Below, one piece after another: positions 27,227 to 36,628 of a stretch of 64,000 nucleotides of DNA. Origin of the DNA: an uncultured Actinomycetota bacterium (GTDB taxonomy: Bacteria > Actinomycetota > Actinomycetes > Frankiales > Frankiaceae); assembly GCA_963711135.1 (NCBI GenBank), contig CAVQCZ010000005.1:163149-227148 (forward strand), read 5' to 3'. Position numbers and translations under genes: made by a program. Under the pieces are notes generated by a model that searched no databases, was not told the origin of the DNA, and saw nothing but the letters and a program-made list of their open reading frames with translations. Every line of letters begins with the position of its first letter. The stretch's first letter is position 1.

Positions 27227-27952
27227 ATGCCGCGACTAAGGCAGCGCAGCCCGATGCGCGACGTTGACGTACTCCTGGACGACGCCGACGAGCAGCTCAA
27301 GCGCGTCCGCGACATGTATGAGGCAAGCCTGCAGGCAAAGGATGCTTCCGGTCCGCTTCAAGCTCGGATCAAGAACGTGCTTGAGAACCAGCGGTCAGCG
27401 CTGGATTACCTGGCGACGGCGATTACGAACCGGGACGGCAAGCAAGGTACGAAGCCGCAGTTTCCGTACAGCTTTGAGCCGGAAGAGTTCGACAAGTGGT
27501 TCGACAAGGCCATGCCCGGCGTGCGGGCAGCACGAGCCGATATCGCGGATGCGTTCCGTCGGCACCAGCCCTTCCAGCCGGGGCACGACTGGGTTAAGGA
27601 CTTGGCGGCCCTGACGAACGAAAACAAGCATCGGCAGTTGACGCCGCAGTCCCGCGATGAGACGCGGCAGATCGATACACGTCGCGGCGGAACGGGAGCG
27701 GGGGTTGTCTTCACGCCATATCAGCCTGGGAAGGGCGGCGTCTCGTTTGGCGGCGACCTCGTCATCAACGGGGTGCCCGTCGATTCGCAGACACTGTTGC
27801 CGATTGGTGGCGGTCCGAAGCCATATATCGAGACGATCTATGTGGACTGGCTGTTCGCCGACCCGCCGAAGTCAGCGCTCCGGACTCTGGAAGAGATCGC
27901 GGCAGGCATCCGTCCCGCAGTGGCAGACATCGTTCAGACGGCTGGCCTGTAA
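27227..27952 (+). CDS. Hypothetical protein of about 240 aa, unknown family
   Basis: The coding-like part begins at MPRLRQRSPMRDVDVLLDDADEQLKRVRDMYEASL... (ATG at 27227, or alternatively 27254). The track ORF upstream of this point, from 26948, overlaps the previous gene. Confidence 0.5.
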   Translation: MPRLRQRSPMRDVDVLLDDADEQLKRVRDMYEASLQAKDASGPLQARIKNVLENQRSALDYLATAITNRDGKQGTKPQFPYSFEPEEFDKWFDKAMPGVRAARADIADAFRRHQPFQPGHDWVKDLAALTNENKHRQLTPQSRDETRQIDTRRGGTGAGVVFTPYQPGKGGVSFGGDLVINGVPVDSQTLLPIGGGPKPYIETIYVDWLFADPPKSALRTLEEIAAGIRPAVADIVQTAGL

Positions 27953-28191
27953 CGCTCAATCGTTCGCTTAGCGCGCTGGTAGGTTTTGCGCTCACCCGGC
28001 GACTCATTCATAGTCCCCGCACGGGAGAATTCGCAGAGATGCGCGATCACGTCACATAGTTCGGCGATGGCGAACGCCTGCTCAGAGTTGCATTTGTCAA
28101 CCCGCATGTTCCCGAACTATCCACAGTCTGCTTGGTACCCGACGGTTGGAGAGTGTGACAGCCGCCGTGGCGGCAGCGAGGGTGCGCTCAT

Positions 28192-29748
28192 TCAGGCACC
28201 ACAAACTCCCGTCAGATCGGCGGCCACATTGCAGTAGTTCGTGTCGAAGCCGACCAGACTTCCGGTGATGACGCCGCCGGTGAGGGTGAGCGTGCCGTAG
28301 CCGGGATGGTCGTACTTCCCGTTCGAGATCTGGTCCTTGACGGACAGGATCGCGCCCTGCGCCGTCCAACTCGAACCGGCCTGCTGCCAGGTCGCGATCT
28401 GGAAGACGATCTGCTCGACCGGGCCGCAGCATCCCAATTGCGCAAACGTCGAGCCGCGCCCGTCCTTGCTGATGGTCATGCTTCGGGTGTGGCCGCCCCA
28501 CGAGCCGGCGAAAGGTGCGCAGGCGCCGGGGCATGCCAGCGAGGCCGGCTTCGCCAGATGCGACCAGACGCCGGTTTGCCCCGCATGGTCAATGGCGCCC
28601 TGGTCGACGCTCACCGACGGCAGCGCGATCCCGTGGGGGTTGATGGTGTCCCAGGCGATCACGTAATACGGAGCCCCCGCGGTCATGCGGTAAACGCGAC
28701 CGGTCTGGCCTCCGCGGATCAGAGAGCCGTCGGCGGGAGTCTTGGCGAGGTGCGACCAGATCCCGCCGGCGCCGGCGTTGTCCACGGCGCCCTGCGGGAT
28801 CAAGATTGTTGGCTGGATCTTCCCGCCGTACGCCGCCCAGGTACTGACGTAGATGGGAGCGTGGCCGGCTACGCGGTAGACCTGGCCGTGCGATGTGGTG
28901 CTGGCGGAACTTCTGATGAAGGTGTTGTCGGCCGGCCAGAATCGCATCGCGTTCAGTTGAGTTCGGCTGATGGAGACGGTGGGCTCGAGATGGCCGTACG
29001 GGGCCCACGTGTTGACGTAAATCGGTGCCCCGCCGGCGATGCGGTAGACCTCGTTGTTGTCGGTGGTGCGTAAGAACGTTCCATTGGTCAGCTTGGGCAG
29101 CGTCGGTGGCACAGCGATAGGACGGTGCAGCACGCCGGTCACCGGGTACGTCCAGCCACCCCCGCCGGGAATGGTGATGCTGGACGAGCCGTCCCACGTC
29201 GCTTGACGTTGCACGGCGAACGAGTTCTGTGAGACGAAGACGATCGAGTACGTCCCTGCGGCGTTTCGGGTGATGGTGTCGACGATGCCGACATGGCCGT
29301 CCGGCTCTGCCGGACCGCCCGGCGGGACGACGTTCAAGCTGATCGCGTCACCCGGGCTCAGGTACGTGATCTGACCCTGGGTCTGGCCGGTCAGCCCGGC
29401 GCGGTGGGTCTGCCAGATGGTGTTGCCATTGGCATAGGGCCACGACCCGGTTCCCCAGCCGCGGGTGTCGTAGAGCCGGGTGACGAGCTCGACGCATTGG
29501 TATGCAGACGTCGGACTTCCGTCCTGGGTCGAGGACTTCACGTCGACGCCTTGCCCGCCGAGCCAGCAGGTGCCCGGCAAGAGGACAGCGCCGTCAGGGG
29601 TGGTCGTGACCGGGAGCGGTGTGCAGCTTGCGGTGACAGCGGAAGCGGTCGCCGGCGCAATGATGAGCCCAGCGCACGACAGAAGTAACGCCGTTATCGC
29701 GACGGCGGTTTGACGCCGGAGCTTGCTCAGTGTGAACGCAGTCTGCAC
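28192..29748 (-). CDS. Secreted CHAP-domain amidase, paralog of 6434..8893, with three divergent copies of the same uncharacterised module
   Basis: I start it at the GTG at 29748, which has a GAGGAA RBS. The signal peptide is ...AITALLLSCAGLIIAPATASA. The CHAP contexts are YQCVELVTRLY and GHVGIVD. Module copies include VYRIAGGAPIYVNTWAPYG, VYRVAGHAPIYVSTWAAYGG and VYRMTAGAPYYVIAWDTI. Confidence 0.8.
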   Translation of the reverse strand: MQTAFTLSKLRRQTAVAITALLLSCAGLIIAPATASAVTASCTPLPVTTTPDGAVLLPGTCWLGGQGVDVKSSTQDGSPTSAYQCVELVTRLYDTRGWGTGSWPYANGNTIWQTHRAGLTGQTQGQITYLSPGDAISLNVVPPGGPAEPDGHVGIVDTITRNAAGTYSIVFVSQNSFAVQRQATWDGSSSITIPGGGGWTYPVTGVLHRPIAVPPTLPKLTNGTFLRTTDNNEVYRIAGGAPIYVNTWAPYGHLEPTVSISRTQLNAMRFWPADNTFIRSSASTTSHGQVYRVAGHAPIYVSTWAAYGGKIQPTILIPQGAVDNAGAGGIWSHLAKTPADGSLIRGGQTGRVYRMTAGAPYYVIAWDTINPHGIALPSVSVDQGAIDHAGQTGVWSHLAKPASLACPGACAPFAGSWGGHTRSMTISKDGRGSTFAQLGCCGPVEQIVFQIATWQQAGSSWTAQGAILSVKDQISNGKYDHPGYGTLTLTGGVITGSLVGFDTNYCNVAADLTGVCGA

Positions 29749-30061
29749 TTGGTTTCCTCTGGGTCTGCGCTGAGACGTTAGCGGGCCCCTGTAATTCTGG
29801 GGCGCGATTCCAACATTTGAATTCCGTGGAAGCAGGAACGAGATTTCAACATTGATCGCCAAGCCTCGTTTGGCCGTCCGACGAGCGGCTTCTCGCGTAC
29901 TTCTACCGTTTTGAGAGGATTTCGGGCCCCCTTTTCGAGCATCCTCATGACCATTGCTGGCTCATCGGAGTTGGGTGACTACTCTCGGCGAGAAAGGTAA
30001 ACCGAGCCTCCTTGGCGTCGACGGCGCGATAGGTTTCCTTGGGTTATGTGGTACGTGATTA

Positions 30062-32890
30062 GTGCGGGCCGAGAAGTGCCGCGCCGTAACATTTTTTCGC
30101 GCTCGAGGGGGAGACGTGGACCGGGCCCTGGGTAGCCGGTACGTGCTTGGTGAACGGCTCGGCCGTGGCGGCATGGGAACGGTCTACCGGGCGACGCGTC
30201 GAGACGGCGGCCCTGACCGGGCGGTCAAGCTGCTCCGCGAAGACCTCGCGGAAAACCCCGTCGTTCTTACGCGCTTCGTCCAAGAGCGCAATCTGATGCT
30301 CACGATGCGCAGCGAGCACCTCGTCACCGTCGAGGACATGATCGTCGACGGCGGCACCGTCGGCATCGTCATGGAATTGATGCAAGGCGGCACGCTGCGC
30401 CGGCTGGCCACCGACACCGGCCCGATGGCCGCGCCGACCGCCCTTCGCCTCACGCGTCAGGTGCTTGACGGGCTCGACGTCGTGCATGCCAACGGTGTCG
30501 TGCACCGTGATGTGAAGCCGGAAAATGTCTTACTCGATCGGCCCGAGAAATCCGGGGAAACAGTAGCGAAGGTCAGCGATTTCGGCATTGCACGCCTGCT
30601 CGACGGCCCGCGGCTGACCGAGGCGTCGAGCTATCTCGGCACCGCGCACTACGGCGCTCCGGAGATTGCCCACGGCGGCGCAGCGACTTTTGCCGCAGAC
30701 GTCTACGCCGTCGGCGTGATGCTGTACGAGCTGATGGCGGGGTGTACGCCGTTCGCTGGGCTGGCACCCTACGTCGTCATCGAGCGGCAGATGGAGCAGG
30801 CTCCGCCGCAGTCACCACTGATACCGGAGGCGCTCTGGTCGGTCGTGGCGCGCTGGCTGTCAGCCGATCCGGCAGCCAGGCCGCCCGATGCGCGGCAGGC
30901 CATGCTCGAGGTCGACGACTTGCTGAAAGCTCTGTCCACGCCGAGGATCTCGCTTCCCGGTGTCATCGTTCCGGCACAGGCTGAAGCGCCGTTGGATTCG
31001 CAGCATGGGGGAGCGTCGTCACCGGGTGCCGGCTCGCAGGCGTCCGGTCTTGCACCGCTACAAGTCGCTCCGGATCTCGACGTGGATCTGGACCTGGAGA
31101 CGCGCCTGCGTAAGCGCAAGTCGCCGGCGGCCGCGGAAGAGTGGCCCCGGCATTGGCCGTCCCAGGCGGGCTACGACGGAACCCCTCCCTTCGGGATGCC
31201 AACGGACGCTCCGCCAACCGACAGAGCTCTCGATCCCACGGAGCAACGTCCCGCGTCCCCCCCGCCGCCGCACGAGATGCACCAGCAGGTGCCCGCGTGG
31301 GATGTCGACACCGGTCAAACGCGGGTCATCCCACGGAGCAAAGGCATAGCCATTGGCGCAATCGCGGCGGTCGTCGTCGCCGGTGCCACCGGTGGGATCA
31401 TCGCCGTTTCCAGCAGCAGCGGCGGCGGGAAGGGCAGCACCGCCGCTATCAGTCCTGCCGCGAATGCAGCACCCACGGTGCGATTTCCGGCGGAGAAGTA
31501 CCCCGGCGTCGGAGTCACCGCCAACCGCACGTGGACGATCAACGGGGGAGCGCATCCGACGCTCCATGGCGTGCTCGTCTTCCACACGACACGGAACGTG
31601 CCCGCCCAGATCGAGGAGCTGCTGCCGGAGTCGCTGATTCAGAACGTCAGCCAGGTGACGTTCACGCCGCAGCCCAAAGTCATCAAGGCCGATCCCATCG
31701 TGCAGTACACGTTGCCGGCTGAAGCGGGCCAGACCGTCACCGAGACCTATGACATCCCGGTCTCGGCTTCAGACGTCTCCGACTCTCAGCTGCAGCGATG
31801 GGCGGCAGCCCAGATGGCTGAGTCGGGGGCGAACTATCGCCAGTCGCACACCCTGAAGTCGATTGCCTTCACGGCGAAGAGCATCTCCGTCGCGATGGGC
31901 TCGCACGTTCAGCTACAGCTCGTCGGCAAGCTGCTCGACGGCACCACGGCACCCTCCGTGGCGTTCGGCGGGGCGGCCTTCCACAGCGTCGATCCGCGCT
32001 ACGCCAGCGTCTCCAGCACCGGTGTGGTCACCGGAGTCTCGTCCGGAGCGACCGTCATCACCGCCAAAATCAAGTCGCTGAGCACGAACATCACGGTCTC
32101 CGTGACCCCGGCCGAAACCGCTACGGACGGGGCCACTACGAGTCCCAACGGGAACGCGCCTGGGGGAGCTGTCTCGACGAGCGGCAGGCCCACCCGGACG
32201 TCGACCAGCACTGCGATCACTGACAATTGCTCGCCCGGTTCACCGAACAACTTCTGCCAGACGGTTGACTGCAGTGCGAATCCGGCAGCTGCGGGCTGCG
32301 GTGTTGTGGATTGCAGTGTGAATCCGGCACCTGCGGGCTGTGGTGGCGTGGATTGCAGTGCGAATCCTTCGGATCCGTCGTGTACGGGCGGTACGACGGT
32401 CGACTGCAGTGCGAATCCTTCGGATCCGTCGTGTACGGGCGGTACGACGGTCGACTGCAGTGCGAATCCTTCGGATCCGTCGTGTACGGGCGGTACGACG
32501 GTTGACTGCAGTGCGAATCCTTCGGATCCCTCGTGTACGGGCGGTACGACGGTCGACTGCAGTGCGAATCCTTCGGATCCGTCGTGTACGGGCGGTACGA
32601 CGGTCGACTGCAGTGCGAATCCTTCGGATCCGTCGTGTACGGGTGGCACGACGGTCGACTGCAGTGCTAACCCTTCGGACCCCTCGTGCTCGAGCGGAGG
32701 GTCGACGGGCGGCGGTACGACGGTTGACTGCACGGCGAATCCGACGGCTGCCGGCTGCCCGGGTGCCGTGTCGCCCGCAAATCCGCCAACGGACAGCAGC
32801 TCGCCGGCCGCCATCACAGGCACGGGATCAACGGGTGCGACGCCCAATGTCGTGGGTGGCACCGTCACCAGCAGCGCACCCGCGGGTTAA
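30062..32890 (+). CDS. Receptor Ser/Thr protein kinase with a Big_2-like ectodomain and a Cys-rich repeat stalk
   Basis: Kinase motifs are present (GRGGMGTVYRA, HRDVKPENVLL, DFGIARL). One TM segment is visible (IAIGAIAAVVVAGATGGIIAV). A Big_2-like segment follows, then ten VDC[ST][AV]NP..C units. The start could be the GTG at 30116 instead. Confidence 0.85.
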   Translation: MRAEKCRAVTFFRARGGDVDRALGSRYVLGERLGRGGMGTVYRATRRDGGPDRAVKLLREDLAENPVVLTRFVQERNLMLTMRSEHLVTVEDMIVDGGTVGIVMELMQGGTLRRLATDTGPMAAPTALRLTRQVLDGLDVVHANGVVHRDVKPENVLLDRPEKSGETVAKVSDFGIARLLDGPRLTEASSYLGTAHYGAPEIAHGGAATFAADVYAVGVMLYELMAGCTPFAGLAPYVVIERQMEQAPPQSPLIPEALWSVVARWLSADPAARPPDARQAMLEVDDLLKALSTPRISLPGVIVPAQAEAPLDSQHGGASSPGAGSQASGLAPLQVAPDLDVDLDLETRLRKRKSPAAAEEWPRHWPSQAGYDGTPPFGMPTDAPPTDRALDPTEQRPASPPPPHEMHQQVPAWDVDTGQTRVIPRSKGIAIGAIAAVVVAGATGGIIAVSSSSGGGKGSTAAISPAANAAPTVRFPAEKYPGVGVTANRTWTINGGAHPTLHGVLVFHTTRNVPAQIEELLPESLIQNVSQVTFTPQPKVIKADPIVQYTLPAEAGQTVTETYDIPVSASDVSDSQLQRWAAAQMAESGANYRQSHTLKSIAFTAKSISVAMGSHVQLQLVGKLLDGTTAPSVAFGGAAFHSVDPRYASVSSTGVVTGVSSGATVITAKIKSLSTNITVSVTPAETATDGATTSPNGNAPGGAVSTSGRPTRTSTSTAITDNCSPGSPNNFCQTVDCSANPAAAGCGVVDCSVNPAPAGCGGVDCSANPSDPSCTGGTTVDCSANPSDPSCTGGTTVDCSANPSDPSCTGGTTVDCSANPSDPSCTGGTTVDCSANPSDPSCTGGTTVDCSANPSDPSCTGGTTVDCSANPSDPSCSSGGSTGGGTTVDCTANPTAAGCPGAVSPANPPTDSSSPAAITGTGSTGATPNVVGGTVTSSAPAG
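32264..32757 (+). repeat. Coding tandem repeat with a 51-bp core unit, six near-identical and four divergent copies
   Basis: The unit gtcgactgcagtgcgaatccttcggatccgtcgtgtacgggcggtacgacg repeats and encodes VDCSANPSDPSCTGGTT. Confidence 0.9.
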
Positions 32891-33078
32891 GCCGTTCGAC
32901 GGTGGGGCGCGCCACGTCATGGCCGCTTCGGCGCAAACGCAGCGCGCACATCGCGGACAAGCGTGAAGTCACATGTTGCATAAATATTCGAATTCCGCTC
33001 ACTTCATGGCCCACGCGATGAAAAGGTCATAGCAAGCGTCCGCAATCGCGTAATCGTAAGAAACAACGGGGGTTTTGC

Positions 33079-33864
33079 GTGAGTCGGCCAGGTCGAGTAC
33101 TGAAGCGCGGTGGTTTTCTTGGCACCGGTATTGCGCTAGCCGTGTTGCTGGGATGCCTGGCCGGTTGCGCACCGGGTGCAATTTCCGGTGCCCCCACGGC
33201 GAGGCCCGCGTCGGAATCTGCCATCGTCAGTTGGACGATGCCTAATGACCGTTCCATCACCGGCTACCAGGTCATGTGGGGCTTTCACAAGTGGATCCCC
33301 TGCGCGAAAAGCCCCTGCACCGTGAGCCATCTGCTCTCCGGGAGCAGGTACTCCTTCGTGGTCCGCGCGATCAACCGTTCCGGAGGGGGACCCTGGAGCG
33401 CTGCAAGCAATGCCGTAACGCCGTTACCGCCGCCCACCTACAAGGTGCCGCTCAGCACGCTCTGCCGGCTGCCTGGCTCGAATGACTACATCTGCGGAAC
33501 GGACTACAGCGGCACCATCCAGGTCGGCGGCGAGCTGTTCCAGTACGTCGATCAGACCAACGGCTTCTCAGGCGCCGAACCGCCCTACTGGGATCTGCTC
33601 GTCTCCGATCCCGCTAACACCTGCTTCAGCCTGACGATTCAGTACGCCTCACCGGATCAGGTGTCCAACGTCGGCCAGAACTCCTCTGTACAGCTGCTGC
33701 AGGTCGGCGTGCCTGCCGTGCAAAGCACGACGGCGCGTGGGACGGTCGGCACGCTGACGGCTGATCTGAACGGCTCTCCGTTCACGTTGGAGGGGAACTC
33801 CAGCGACGGCGAGCAGGTCTTCGCCGACGGCTACGCGTTGTGTCACACGGTCAGCGGCACCTAG
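33079..33864 (+). CDS. Lipoprotein with an N-terminal FN3 domain
   Basis: A lipobox is present (GCLAGC). The FN3-like part reads SAIVSWTMPNDRSITGYQVMWG...SGSRYSFVVRAINRSGGGPWS. Confidence 0.7.
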   Translation: MSRPGRVLKRGGFLGTGIALAVLLGCLAGCAPGAISGAPTARPASESAIVSWTMPNDRSITGYQVMWGFHKWIPCAKSPCTVSHLLSGSRYSFVVRAINRSGGGPWSAASNAVTPLPPPTYKVPLSTLCRLPGSNDYICGTDYSGTIQVGGELFQYVDQTNGFSGAEPPYWDLLVSDPANTCFSLTIQYASPDQVSNVGQNSSVQLLQVGVPAVQSTTARGTVGTLTADLNGSPFTLEGNSSDGEQVFADGYALCHTVSGT

Positions 33865-34039
33865 CCGATCGGGTGGCCTGCGGAGGCAAGGCCGGGCGCC
33901 GAGCTGGAACGCGAAACCTCGGCCAAGATGTGACGGGTCTTGGGGCAGTGAGACGAGCGGAAGTTGCCGGAAATGCGGGAAAACGCGGGGCAGTAGTGGG
34001 TAGCCTGCTCGAAACGTTGAAGGGACGGCGGGGGGCATC

Positions 34040-36613
34040 TTGACGACGCTGCCCTTCGGCGTGGCGCCACTGAAACCGTCGGACCCGACCTCCCTGGGCC
34101 GCTACCGTTTGCTCGGTCGCATCGGTGCCGGCGGTATGGGCGTCGTCTTCCTTGGCGAAGGTTCACGCGGGCTGGCCGCAGTAAAGATGATTCGCAGTGA
34201 GTTCGGCGACGACGAGGCGTTCCGGGGTCGGTTCCTGCGGGAGCTTCAGGCGTGCTTCCGCGTCTCCGGAACCTTCACCGTGCGCCTGCTCGACTTCGAT
34301 GTTGCGGCCGACCCGCCGTGGCTCGCGACCGAGTATGTCGCCGCACCTAATCTCGAACAGCTCGTTGCACGTGACGGGCCGCTGAGGAACGGCGCGCAGC
34401 TGGCACTTGCCTTAGGACTGGCCGACGCGTTAGCGACGCTGCATGCGGATGGCATCACCCACCGCGACCTCAAGCCGTCCAACGTGCTGTGCCCCGAAGG
34501 GGGCGTGAAGGTTATCGATTTCGGTATCGCGGCGACCGAGGACGCGGCGGGCCACACTTCAACCAGCCAGGTGCTGGGAAGCCCGGCGTGGATGGCTCCA
34601 GAACGGCTGACCGGCGGGCGGGCGGTACCGGCGGGCGACATCTTCGCCTGGGCGGGCATCGTGAGCTTCGCAGCCTGCGGTCATGCGCCCTTCGGCGGCG
34701 ACTACGGGCGGTTGATGTACAGCATCGTCCACGGCGAGCCCGCCGTGGACTACGAAAAGGTAGCGCCTGCGCTCCGCGAACTCGTCGCTGCGGCATTCGC
34801 TCGGCAGCCAAGCGAGCGACCGACCGCGGCTGAACTATTGACCGGGATAGCAGGCGTCGCGCAACCCGCTGCGGGTCAAGTGGCCGACGAATTCTCGCGG
34901 CTGCTCGGCGGGGACTGGACCCGCGGTGAAGATCTCGCCGTGGTCGGTGACGCCCCGACCGAAGCCGACCGGATTGCCGACGAAGCGGAGCCGGCGCCAC
35001 CGCTGAGGCCGGAAGAGTCGCAGGGGGGCGACGCTGAACTCGCCGCGACGATGCTTCGGCCTAGTGCCCGCCCGCTCGAGGCCGAGAAAACGCTAGCAAA
35101 GAGGGAACATCTTGCCCTCGAGAAGACCGCCAAGCGGCCGCGCGAGGACAGCAGCGTGCCCCTTGGCGGCAGCCCTCGCCGTCCGCTCGCAGGGCCTGCG
35201 ACAGCGGCTCGCAAGAGTCGTCGGCGACCGCTGGTCATGCTGGTTGCCGCAGCGGTCGTTCTGCTTGGCGCAGGTAGCGGTATCGCCGTCGCCCTGACCT
35301 CTGGTGGTGGTTCGGCCCGAGCTGGTTCGGCTCCTGCTGCGAACAGGTCCTCGTCCGCGGCATCCGCCAGCAAACTCTCCGCGCCAGCGGCAGGAAGCTT
35401 CGGAAGCCTGACAAAGGTTTGTGCGCCGGGCAACGGGACGGACGGGTTGGGCCGCGGCTTGAGTGGCAAGACGATCCGCGTCGGCGTTCTGGCCGACGCA
35501 GGGGCCGCTGCTGCGCCGGGCCTGGGGCAGGAGTTCTTCGACGCTGCAGACGCCTTCGCCAAATGGTGCAACGCCGCTGGCGGCATCAACGGGCGTCAGC
35601 TCATCGTCGACAAGCTCGACGCGGCGCTCTTCGACGGCGCTCAGCGCATCAGCGAGGCCTGTCAAAGGGACTTCATGCTCGTCGGCGGCGCCAACGTGCT
35701 CGACTCCGCCGACGTCAAGCCGCGCCTTGCATGCAACCTAAGCCAGATACCGGCGGGCAGCTTCTCGCCGGAGGCGGCGAATGCAGGGTTGCAGGTCCGC
35801 CCGACAGCCGGACTCCCTGGCCTCTTTCCCGTAGGCCCGCTGCGCCTGCTTGCCGAGGCCGATCCGACTACCCAGCAGGCGCTGGGGATCGGCAGCAGCA
35901 CCCTGTCGTCCATAGCCATCAATGCGAGTGCGGCACAAGCGGCCTACCAGAAGCTCGGCTACAAGGTAGTGGCCCTGCAGTCCCGCCCGCCGACGGTCGA
36001 CAACTACCAGTCCTGGTTCGAGAAGATGAAGCAAGCTGGAGCATCGGCCGATTTCGAGCTCGCAAGCGTGAATGTCGCCCCGATGTTCGATGGCATGAAA
36101 GGCGCCGGATTCCAGCCGGATTGGGTCCTGCTGTCACCAGGGGAGTACGCGCCCTCGCTGGTTCAAGCGGCAGCAAGCTCCAGCTACCTGCCGAACACCT
36201 ATGTTGGACTGGACTTCCTGCCATTCGAGCTCGCGGCGAAGTTCCCGGTCGTGCAGCAGGTGAAAGACATGCTGTCCGCGGCGGTCGCTTCCCCGCGGTT
36301 CGATACCAACACGATTCTGGCTTTCAATGCTTGGATGCTGTGGGCGCAATCAGCGACGGCGTGCGGGGGGGTCTTCACCCCGCAATGTGTATTGCAGCAG
36401 GCTGCGTCGCACCCGGCTTGGGACGCGGGGGGCCTGATCGCTCCCGTAGACACCAACCCGGCCTCGTATCGTCCGAGTGACTGCACACTTCTCATGCGAC
36501 TGACCGCTGCAGGCTGGGTCTACGACTCCCAGGCGACGAAGCCCAACCGCGGTGTCTACAACTGTGATCCGAAGAATCTGGTCACCACGCCAAGTAACGA
36601 GCCGGGCGCCTAG
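34040..36613 (+). CDS. Receptor Ser/Thr protein kinase with an extracellular type-1 PBP (Leu/Ile/Val-binding-like) sensor domain
   Basis: It has a TTG start. Kinase motifs are present (GAGGMGVVFLG, HRDLKPSNVL, DFGIA). A TM segment is visible (LVMLVAAAVVLLGAGSGIAVAL). The ectodomain (GKTIRVGVLADAGAAAAPGLGQEFFDAADAFAKWCNAAGGINGRQLIVDKLDAAL) is colinear with the solute-binding protein at 18540..19958. Confidence 0.85.
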   Translation: MTTLPFGVAPLKPSDPTSLGRYRLLGRIGAGGMGVVFLGEGSRGLAAVKMIRSEFGDDEAFRGRFLRELQACFRVSGTFTVRLLDFDVAADPPWLATEYVAAPNLEQLVARDGPLRNGAQLALALGLADALATLHADGITHRDLKPSNVLCPEGGVKVIDFGIAATEDAAGHTSTSQVLGSPAWMAPERLTGGRAVPAGDIFAWAGIVSFAACGHAPFGGDYGRLMYSIVHGEPAVDYEKVAPALRELVAAAFARQPSERPTAAELLTGIAGVAQPAAGQVADEFSRLLGGDWTRGEDLAVVGDAPTEADRIADEAEPAPPLRPEESQGGDAELAATMLRPSARPLEAEKTLAKREHLALEKTAKRPREDSSVPLGGSPRRPLAGPATAARKSRRRPLVMLVAAAVVLLGAGSGIAVALTSGGGSARAGSAPAANRSSSAASASKLSAPAAGSFGSLTKVCAPGNGTDGLGRGLSGKTIRVGVLADAGAAAAPGLGQEFFDAADAFAKWCNAAGGINGRQLIVDKLDAALFDGAQRISEACQRDFMLVGGANVLDSADVKPRLACNLSQIPAGSFSPEAANAGLQVRPTAGLPGLFPVGPLRLLAEADPTTQQALGIGSSTLSSIAINASAAQAAYQKLGYKVVALQSRPPTVDNYQSWFEKMKQAGASADFELASVNVAPMFDGMKGAGFQPDWVLLSPGEYAPSLVQAAASSSYLPNTYVGLDFLPFELAAKFPVVQQVKDMLSAAVASPRFDTNTILAFNAWMLWAQSATACGGVFTPQCVLQQAASHPAWDAGGLIAPVDTNPASYRPSDCTLLMRLTAAGWVYDSQATKPNRGVYNCDPKNLVTTPSNEPGA

Positions 36614-36628
36614 GCGCTGGAGGGATCC

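Noticed and set aside
31999-32868. 289-aa minus-strand ORF with repeated HDGSEGFALQSTVVPPV
   Set aside because: It is antisense to the kinase Cys-repeat array. The plus frame is continuous with a kinase domain.
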